Of a stretch of 48,758 nt of DNA, positions 42,327-48,758 are shown one piece after another. Each line of letters opens with the position of its first letter. The stretch's first letter is position 1. A program made the translations under genes and the position numbers. The stretch is from a virus. The DNA is taken from IMG/VR virus record IMGVR_UViG_3300031087_000003; one strand, given 5' to 3'. The notes beneath the pieces were generated by a model. The model was not told where the DNA came from and searched no databases. It saw only the letters and a program-made list of their open reading frames with translations.

Positions 42327-43268
42327 TCACTCCCCCAGCAGCGCTTTAACGCGTGCAATAAATGGCCCGGTGTACTCCGCCTGTGTGTTCAGGTCCATGA
42401 TGCTCTTCAGACCCATCTCCGCAATAATCTGCTCCACCTGTGCATTACTGATACGTCCGTGACGCTCGGTGAGGTAAGCCATTACCTGTGGGAAGGTCAT
42501 CGCGGACTGTTCAGGATAAGTCTCTTCCAGTGCTTTCACATATGCGGCGTTTGCCGAAGATACCGGAACCGGAGGCGGCGGTGGAATGTCTGCAACCTGT
42601 TGCTCAGTTACCACGCCCGCATCCACGTGGAAGTCATCGCCCGGTGGTGTTACAGGTGGTTCAGGCTCATAAAGCGCATCAAGCTTTGCTACTGTTTCGT
42701 CGATTAACTTTTGTTTGTCATCAGGTTCCTGACCACCACACTCCACTGGATACTCCAAATCAGCCTTAATCATACTTACGTAGTCTGACCACTCCGCCTC
42801 ATCCATATCCTTTGGCTTACGACGCAGACGCCATGTACCATCGCTGTTCAGTGCTTTACTGGCAGAGTGGATACGCTCATCCCACGGTGTGTTGGTTGAG
42901 TCGGTGGTGGCTAATTCTTCCACTTCGATACGATAACCTTGTGAAAAATTACCATCGCCCAAATCTACAGGACCACCTACTTTTTCCTCACTGGTGATAA
43001 TGTGGGTGGCTTCCTCTTTACGCTTACCATGAATCTCAATCGAACCATCCACATCGTTCTCACGCATCATTGCGGGAGCAGCCTGCATCAGGTCGGACAT
43101 AGCTTGTTGTAAGCGTGCAAGCGCTTCATCGTCCAGTTTCAGTGTGATTGGCTCAACACGTACGTCTACCGGACCCCCACCACGAACGGAGGCGGCCAGC
43201 TTAATCATTGCTTCACCAAAGTACTGCAGCGCAGCTTCATCATCATTCGGGACACTAATTTTAATCAT
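42327..43268 (-). CDS. Hypothetical replication-module protein carrying a TPWDERIH motif
   Basis: 313 aa, first gene of the leftward replication operon. Shares the PWDERIH motif with the PolB C-terminal fragment. Confidence 0.65.
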   Translation of the reverse strand: MIKISVPNDDEAALQYFGEAMIKLAASVRGGGPVDVRVEPITLKLDDEALARLQQAMSDLMQAAPAMMRENDVDGSIEIHGKRKEEATHIITSEEKVGGPVDLGDGNFSQGYRIEVEELATTDSTNTPWDERIHSASKALNSDGTWRLRRKPKDMDEAEWSDYVSMIKADLEYPVECGGQEPDDKQKLIDETVAKLDALYEPEPPVTPPGDDFHVDAGVVTEQQVADIPPPPPVPVSSANAAYVKALEETYPEQSAMTFPQVMAYLTERHGRISNAQVEQIIAEMGLKSIMDLNTQAEYTGPFIARVKALLGE

Positions 43269-43315
43269 TTACTTGCTCTCTTGTGGTTGACTATGGGACA
43301 GAGTCTAACGTATTC

Positions 43316-43331
43316 TTGACGGACGCGTCAA
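43316..43331. promoter_or_regulatory. Perfect palindromic operator at a divergent junction
   Basis: TTGACG-gacg-CGTCAA between the 43268 (-) and 43350 (+) genes. Leftward -10 candidate is TAGACT. Confidence 0.55.
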
Positions 43332-43349
43332 CACTAGGAGCAAAGAAAA

Positions 43350-43526
43350 ATGAGAGAAATTAAACGCAAAGTTACTCATCGGCTGTGCCCCAGCTGTGGT
43401 TACGTGATGAGCCAACTGGAGATAGACATGCTACGGTTTCCTGTCGATTGTCCCCGTTGTGGCAAGTGGAACACCAACGCATTCCAGCCCATTAAGTGGG
43501 AGGTCAGCCGCAATGATAACCATTAA
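43350..43526 (+). CDS. Zinc-ribbon protein (58 aa)
   Basis: Unlisted ORF with AGGAG SD and CPSCG...CPRCG. Confidence 0.5.
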   Translation: MREIKRKVTHRLCPSCGYVMSQLEIDMLRFPVDCPRCGKWNTNAFQPIKWEVSRNDNH

Positions 43527-43695
43527 ACAACTGCACCGACCCAGCTACGGCTGGGCAAACTCCACGAGTAAGAAAGATAAGTTCTTTATCAACGGTGTGG
43601 CAGTACCGCCCTACGTGGCCGCCAAGTTCATCCGTAACGCACGTTGTATTGAGTCAAACGTGTGCCGCAAGATTTATGTTTTAGGGAGTGAGTGA
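43513..43695 (+). CDS. Hypothetical protein (60 aa)
   Basis: GGGAGG SD before the internal Met of track ORF 43459-43695. Confidence 0.5.
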   Translation: MITIKQLHRPSYGWANSTSKKDKFFINGVAVPPYVAAKFIRNARCIESNVCRKIYVLGSE

Positions 43696-43696
43696 G

Positions 43697-44071
43697 ATGG
43701 GTGTGATACGTACACATACAGAGCGTCTGGAAAAAGTCATCGAAGCCGGTATTGACCTGCGCCACCACATGCGCGTTAAAACTGAAACAAAGTCGCAGAT
43801 TATTGCAAAACAGCGTGAAACCATTCTCAACCAGTCTGAAATGATTAATGACATGGAAAAAGAGCTGAAACAATTGCGCCTACAGGTGACAGAAAAACAG
43901 CAAACGCGCCAGCTGATTCTGGATGAAAAGAAACAGGATAAGTTACTCAAACTGTCACGTTATAAACATGAGGTGCTGACCCTTAACGCTCTGGTCAGTC
44001 GCATGAAACACTATATCAAACAACAGAATGGCGGTCAGATGCCAGAAGGATGGAAGTGGGGTGACGAGTGA
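43697..44071 (+). CDS. Coiled-coil protein (124 aa)
   Basis: AGGGAG SD 8 nt before the ATG at 43697. Confidence 0.55.
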   Translation: MGVIRTHTERLEKVIEAGIDLRHHMRVKTETKSQIIAKQRETILNQSEMINDMEKELKQLRLQVTEKQQTRQLILDEKKQDKLLKLSRYKHEVLTLNALVSRMKHYIKQQNGGQMPEGWKWGDE

Positions 44072-45801
44072 TGCAGGTGCCAGTATTATCCCCCGTCGCA
44101 GGTGCCATCGCTGATGCAACACGACCGGCGCTGCGACCTTATCAGCAGGAACTGAAGGACCAGATTAATGAGCATTGGAGCACTAAGCCCCGTGAAAACG
44201 TGCTGGCTGTACTCGCAACCGGTGCAGGTAAGACAGTGTTGTTCTCATCCATCATCAGTGATGAGAGCGGTTCTACATGTGCGGTTGCTCACCGTCAGGA
44301 ACTCGTGAGTCAGATTAGCCTGTCACTTGCACGTAATAAGGTACGACACCGTATCATTGGTCCCACTAACGTAGTAAAGATGATTGTCCGTCTCCATATG
44401 GAAGAAACCGGTCATAGCTATTACGACCCGTCCAGCCGTCACGCAGTGGCAGGCGTGGACACACTCGTCCGGCGTGGTGAGAAACTGGCGGACTGGTTAC
44501 CAACCGTCCGGTTGTGGGTAATGGATGAGGCTCACCACGTTTTGCGTGAAAACAAATGGGGCAAGGCTGTAAATATGTTCCCTCATGCACGCGGACTCGG
44601 TGTGACTGCCACCCCGCTACGTGCTGACGGGAATGGGCTGGGTGCACACGCCGATGGTGTTTTCCATGTGATGAAAATTGGTCCGTCCATGCGTGACCTT
44701 ATCAACATGAAATTCCTTACCGAGTATAAACTGTTTGCTCCACCAAGTTCGTTCAGTCGTGATGCAATTAAAGTAAGTACAACCACGGGTGATTTTGTTG
44801 CATCAGAAGTGAGTAAAGCGGTTAACAACTCATCACTGATTGTGCATGATGAGAAAACCATAACCGGTGATGTGGTTAACACCTATAAAAAGTTACTTAA
44901 CGGTATGCTTACGGTGGTGTTTGCTCCGGATGTGAACACCGCTACCGAACTGGAACAGCAGTACATTGCGGCAGGTATTCCGGCTAAATGTGTCCACGGG
45001 GGGATGTCTGATTATGACCGCATAGCGGCTGTGAGGTCTTTCAAGAACCGTGAATATCTTGTGCTCACATCGGTGAGTATTTTTGATGAAGGCTTTGATT
45101 GCCCCGCAATTGAAGCAGTGCAGGACGTTGCAGCCACAGAATCCTTTGGTCGTTTCGTACAGCGTGCTGGTCGCATGTTGCGCCTGAAAGATGGTAAGAA
45201 GTTTGGCTACTATGTGGACCACGTGGGGAATATTGCACGGCACGCAGTGTTTGTTGACCATCCAACCGGTCCTAAGATTGAACTATGTCACAGGGAGTGG
45301 AGTCTGGACCGGCGTGAGCGACGTAGTGGTAAGAGTGAGCCAAGCACTATCCGTGTGTGTACGGCCTGCACCGCCGTGTACGAGCGTTATCTCGATGCGT
45401 GTCCGGACTGCGGTGAGTCTGTACCAAAACCTGCGGTGCGTAGCGGCCCCGAGTATGTGGATGGTGACCTGCTGGAGCTTGACCCCGAGACACTTGCACA
45501 AATGCGTGCCGAGGTTGTGGGAGCACGTGAGACACCCGAGGCAATGCGTGACAGGCTGACAGGAATGGGTGTGCCGGTGCCCGGTGTGATGGCTAATGTA
45601 AAAAGACAGGGACAACGTATTGACGCGCTCGTCAAATTGGATAATACTCTTAGTCAGTGGGCAGGTTACCGCCGTGCTGAAGGTCTGAGTGACAGTGAGA
45701 TATTCCGCAAGTTCTTCTTGCAATTTGGCGTGTCGTGGATTGAGGCTCAGGCGTTAAAGGCTGCTGAAGCCGATAAATTAAGAGAGAGGATTGGGTTATG
45801 A
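44068..45801 (+). CDS. SF2 DEAH-box helicase with C-terminal zinc ribbon
   Basis: ATGAGKT, DEAHH, TATP, QRAGRMLR motifs, plus CTAC..CPDCG. Confidence 0.85.
   Translation: MMQVPVLSPVAGAIADATRPALRPYQQELKDQINEHWSTKPRENVLAVLATGAGKTVLFSSIISDESGSTCAVAHRQELVSQISLSLARNKVRHRIIGPTNVVKMIVRLHMEETGHSYYDPSSRHAVAGVDTLVRRGEKLADWLPTVRLWVMDEAHHVLRENKWGKAVNMFPHARGLGVTATPLRADGNGLGAHADGVFHVMKIGPSMRDLINMKFLTEYKLFAPPSSFSRDAIKVSTTTGDFVASEVSKAVNNSSLIVHDEKTITGDVVNTYKKLLNGMLTVVFAPDVNTATELEQQYIAAGIPAKCVHGGMSDYDRIAAVRSFKNREYLVLTSVSIFDEGFDCPAIEAVQDVAATESFGRFVQRAGRMLRLKDGKKFGYYVDHVGNIARHAVFVDHPTGPKIELCHREWSLDRRERRSGKSEPSTIRVCTACTAVYERYLDACPDCGESVPKPAVRSGPEYVDGDLLELDPETLAQMRAEVVGARETPEAMRDRLTGMGVPVPGVMANVKRQGQRIDALVKLDNTLSQWAGYRRAEGLSDSEIFRKFFLQFGVSWIEAQALKAAEADKLRERIGL
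45620..45648 (+). promoter_or_regulatory. Intragenic promoter-operator inside the helicase 3' end
   Basis: TTGACG-cgct-CGTCAA-N7-AATACT, both arms perfect. Confidence 0.55.
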
Positions 45802-45971
45802 CTAAAAGTGTAGAAATACGTTTCATCAGTAAGAAATTAGACTGGGAATCAGGATTCGATGCCCCTGAAAACTGGGATGAACTTTCGACATCTGAACAAC
45901 AAGAATTGATTTATCAATGGCGAGAGGAAGCTATTGACTCATATGTAGATTGTTATGTTGAGGTAAAGTAA
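45798..45971 (+). CDS. Hypothetical acidic protein (57 aa)
   Basis: Unlisted ORF with ATGA overlap onto the helicase stop. Confidence 0.5.
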   Translation: MTKSVEIRFISKKLDWESGFDAPENWDELSTSEQQELIYQWREEAIDSYVDCYVEVK

Positions 45972-46085
45972 CTATGTGCTACATATGGTGCATCAAAATG
46001 CGCGACAACGCGCCAGACGGCGTGACAGCTTATCACTATCAACAACTCGCGCAGTTATGGCGTGAAAAAGAAGGAGCACCGTGTA

Positions 46086-46274
46086 ATGTGTAAGTGGATT
46101 AGTGTTGAAGATAGATTACCTGAAGAATATGAAGATGTACTGGTCACAGATGGTGTAGAAGTTGCTCTGGGGTTCTTTGTGATGGACCCAGAATATCCGC
46201 AGTGGGGCTATGATGGACACTGTGTCGGAGGATTAGAGACACACTGGCAACCTCTTCCGGAGCCGCCGCAATGA
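46086..46274 (+). CDS. DUF551-like protein
   Basis: AAGGAG SD. MCKWISVEDRLPEE...THWQPLPEPP. Confidence 0.65.
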   Translation: MCKWISVEDRLPEEYEDVLVTDGVEVALGFFVMDPEYPQWGYDGHCVGGLETHWQPLPEPPQ

Positions 46275-46750
46275 CCCCCTCTATCCATGAGTGGGCGCAT
46301 CGCCACAATATCACACCTGCTGCGCTGAGTGAGCTAGCACAGATTATGGGTGTGGAGAGTACGGAGCACGTGTCGGGTGGTGACCGCAGTGAAGCACGCG
46401 TGCAGGATTTGGCAAGACTCACTGCGAGTAAGCTTGGCTGGCGACTTTTCAGAAACAACGTGGGCGTCCTGAAGGATGAGCGTGGAATTCCTGTAAGGTA
46501 CGGATTGTGTAATGACACACCGGCTATGAACAAGCGCATCAAGTCCAGCGACCTCATTGGCATTCGTCCGGTCATTATCACACCTGATATGGTTGGTACC
46601 ACACTGGGTCAGTTTGTGGCGCGTGAGGTGAAGCGTGAAAGCTGGAAGTACAAAGGTACTGAACACGAGCTGGCACAGTTGCGCTTTGGTGAGATTGTGA
46701 CATCGCTGGGTGGTGATTTTAAATTCTGGAATGGAGACGGACCATTGTGA
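46271..46750 (+). CDS. VRR-NUC domain nuclease
   Basis: SDLIGIRPV...GQFVAREVK resembles the D...E.K core of VRR-NUC. Confidence 0.65.
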   Translation: MTPSIHEWAHRHNITPAALSELAQIMGVESTEHVSGGDRSEARVQDLARLTASKLGWRLFRNNVGVLKDERGIPVRYGLCNDTPAMNKRIKSSDLIGIRPVIITPDMVGTTLGQFVAREVKRESWKYKGTEHELAQLRFGEIVTSLGGDFKFWNGDGPL

Positions 46751-46950
46751 AAAACTATCAGTCCGAATATAGTTATATTGTATGTGATTACAGTCATTTA
46801 CCTAATATAACAAAAGGTAAAATTTACAGGTGTTTCAGAAATTCAGAAAATAACTTAGTTTTTGAAGATGATGACGGTGGATTAATACCTGCTGTCGACT
46901 GTACATATGGTTTTGCTTCATCTAGAAAATATCAATTTAGTTTTGTATAG
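46747..46950 (+). CDS. Hypothetical protein (67 aa)
   Basis: GTG overlapping the upstream TGA. AT-rich compared with its neighbours. Confidence 0.45.
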   Translation: MKNYQSEYSYIVCDYSHLPNITKGKIYRCFRNSENNLVFEDDDGGLIPAVDCTYGFASSRKYQFSFV

Positions 46951-46979
46951 TTGACCACTCCGTCAACCCGTGCCATACT
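46951..46979 (+). promoter_or_regulatory. Promoter-operator in front of the TetR-like gene
   Basis: TTGACC-actc-CGTCAA-N7-CATACT. Confidence 0.6.
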
Positions 46980-47009
46980 GGGACATATTTTACTACTGGA
47001 TTAGAGACG

Positions 47010-47291
47010 ATGACCAAAGAACGAATTCTTGATGTGGCTTACGGTATGGCACTGACTGACGGCTTCAACTCACTGACACGCGATGGTGTGGCGAGTAAAG
47101 CAGGCGTGGCAATGGGTACGGTTAACCACAATTTCGGCACAATGGATGACCTGCGCAATGAGATTGTACGCCGTGCCATCGATGAGAAAGAACTGAGCAT
47201 TCTGGCACAGGCACTTGCGCAGCGTAACACTGTTGCTCTCACCGCTACCAAAGCGTTACAGTTAGAAGCACTGACCAGTCTCGCACAATAA
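47010..47291 (+). CDS. Stand-alone TetR-family N-terminal HTH domain protein (93 aa)
   Basis: ERILDVAYGMALTDGFNSLTRDGVASKAGVAMGTVNHNF matches the TetR_N pattern. No ligand-binding domain. Confidence 0.7.
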   Translation: MTKERILDVAYGMALTDGFNSLTRDGVASKAGVAMGTVNHNFGTMDDLRNEIVRRAIDEKELSILAQALAQRNTVALTATKALQLEALTSLAQ

Positions 47292-47308
47292 TATTTAAGG
47301 GATAAAAC

Positions 47309-48758
47309 ATGAGCACAATCCCCTCAATCACGAGGGGTGACTTCGTTCACTCCAAATTTATCATTTGTAAGCTTGAACCACGTGGTGACCGTACCGAAAA
47401 GATGCCCTGCAATGCTCAGGGTATTGTAACCAGCCTCCACACGGCTGACCGTATGACTCTGGAACAGGCGCAGCAGACTGCAGCCGGACTGGGTCCGCAG
47501 TACCGTACCGGCGTTATCATTGACGGTGACGGACGCTGGTGCATTGATATTGATGGTGCGCTGCAAGCCGACAACACATGGTCACCGCTCGCCACCGAAC
47601 TGTGCCAGCAGTTTGCAGGGTGTTATGTGGAAGTGAGCCAGTCAGGTAAAGGTCTGCACATCTTTGGCTACAGTGCTTCAGTGCCTCCACACGCATCAAA
47701 GAACGTCCCGCTGCACATCGAACTCTATTCCGATAACCGCTTCATCTGCCTCGGCCAGCAGGGTAATGGCGACATGTTCCATGACGCCTCAGCGCCGCTC
47801 AATGCCGCTGTAGCGCGATACTTCCCGCAGACCGAACAGGGAACTGCAGCAGAATGGACAACCACTCATGTTGAGACATCCTGTCCGATTGCTGACGATG
47901 AGAAACTGATTGCAAAGGCGTGCGCATCTGCCAGTGCTGCAGGCGTTTTCGGCGCTCGCAGCAGCTTTAAAGACCTGTGGCAGGGTGATACAGACGCCTA
48001 CGATGGTGACGCATCCAGTGCTGATGCCGCACTTGCGCAACATCTCGCGTTTTGGACAGGTAACAACTGTGAGCGCATTGAGCGCCTGATGCGTAAGAGT
48101 GCGCTGGTGCGCGACAAATGGAATAACCACAAAAGTTACATGCAGCGCACCATTCTTGGCGCTGTGTCACGCCAGACCAACTGGTACAGCGTGGGTGCAC
48201 CCATTGAGACTGTACCGACCCGTCAGGTGGTGGAAGCTGCTGAGCCGGTCGTGCGTTCAGGCTTTCAGTTTATCGGTGGTACGCAGCTGGCCGAGGTGTT
48301 CCGCGGCTGCGTGTACGTGACCATTCCTAACAAAATTATGACGCCTGAAGGAACCCTGCTTAAGTCTGAGCAATTTAACGCCATTTACGGCGGCTACACC
48401 TTCACGCTGGATGACTCAAACGAGAAGACCACAAAGAAGGCGTGGGAGGCGTTTACCGAGTCACAGCTGTACAGCTTCAGCAAGGTACATGACATCATTT
48501 ACAACCCTGACTTACCCTTCGGCTCCATCATTACCGAAGAGGATGTGAAATATGTCAACGCCTTCCGACCTACAAATGACCCCGGCGTTGAGGGTGATAT
48601 CAGCCTGTTCCTGAACCACGTACGCAAACTTTACCCGCTGGACCATGACATCCTGCTGGACTGGTGTGCCACAAAGGTACAGAACCCCGGTAAATGCATG
48701 TTGTGGTCACCGGTCATTATCGGGCCGCCCGGTAACGGTAAGACAACCATTGCTGATG
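47309..48758 (+). CDS. Primase-helicase, N-terminal part (AEP primase-polymerase plus helix bundle); continues at 1-969
   Basis: AAGGG SD. IDIDG and SQSGKGLHIF are AEP motifs. No stop before the window end. Not in the ORF track because it is open-ended. Confidence 0.8.
   Translation, partial: MSTIPSITRGDFVHSKFIICKLEPRGDRTEKMPCNAQGIVTSLHTADRMTLEQAQQTAAGLGPQYRTGVIIDGDGRWCIDIDGALQADNTWSPLATELCQQFAGCYVEVSQSGKGLHIFGYSASVPPHASKNVPLHIELYSDNRFICLGQQGNGDMFHDASAPLNAAVARYFPQTEQGTAAEWTTTHVETSCPIADDEKLIAKACASASAAGVFGARSSFKDLWQGDTDAYDGDASSADAALAQHLAFWTGNNCERIERLMRKSALVRDKWNNHKSYMQRTILGAVSRQTNWYSVGAPIETVPTRQVVEAAEPVVRSGFQFIGGTQLAEVFRGCVYVTIPNKIMTPEGTLLKSEQFNAIYGGYTFTLDDSNEKTTKKAWEAFTESQLYSFSKVHDIIYNPDLPFGSIITEEDVKYVNAFRPTNDPGVEGDISLFLNHVRKLYPLDHDILLDWCATKVQNPGKCMLWSPVIIGPPGNGKTTIAD
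48632..48758. repeat. Second copy of the 127-bp terminal duplication
   Basis: Identical to 1-127. Confidence 0.95.

Noticed and set aside
45974-46093. 39-aa ORF (MCYIWCIKMRDNAPDG...) between the 57-aa ORF and the DUF551 gene
   Set aside because: It has no convincing SD, is Cys/Trp-rich and overlaps the DUF551 start. I left it uncalled, though it could be a real micro-protein.
47010-47291. TetR-like protein considered as a lysogeny repressor, implying a temperate phage
   Set aside because: I recognised no integrase, excisionase, Cro/CI pair or partition genes. The element more likely regulates lytic-cycle promoters.

Overview
The window is one complete, circularly closed dsDNA phage genome. 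Bases 1-127 are repeated exactly at 48632-48758, so the unique length is 48,631 bp, and one ORF (the primase-helicase) runs across the junction.

Gene content indicates a contractile-tailed phage with enterobacterial-style Shine-Dalgarno sites and sigma70-like promoters.
- Packaging and head: TerS, TerL, portal, Mu-F-like protein, scaffold/protease-like protein, decoration protein, major capsid protein.
- Tail: sheath, tube, a frameshifted chaperone, tape measure, a hub with a transglycosylase domain, Mu gp45/46/47/48-like baseplate proteins, fibre and fibre chaperone.
- Lysis: GH108 endolysin, holin and overlapping spanins.
- Replication: family-B DNA polymerase split by an HNH-AP2 homing endonuclease, Cas4-like exonuclease, gp2.5-like SSB candidate, SF2 helicase, VRR-NUC nuclease, AEP primase fused to an SF3 helicase, and dUTPase.
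- I recognised no integrase, CI-like repressor, tRNA or CRISPR array. From memory the layout resembles small (~48 kb) Klebsiella/enterobacterial myoviruses, but I cannot verify that without a search.

The most interesting signals are regulatory or non-coding.
1. An ORF-free 387-bp gap inside the baseplate operon is bounded by a leftward promoter and a minus-strand intrinsic terminator. It is a candidate ~300-nt antisense ncRNA.
2. A 16-bp palindrome, TTGACG-N4-CGTCAA, is fused to the -35 element of at least 13 promoters.
3. Two homologous ~300-bp regions, each with nine TACCCC/GGGGTA sites in the same order, lie upstream of the packaging/head block and the neck/tail block.
4. The late structural operon is interrupted several times by opposite-strand cassettes. 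Three of these share a nearly identical 50-bp promoter-leader.

All functional names come from motif recognition by eye. No database search was run.
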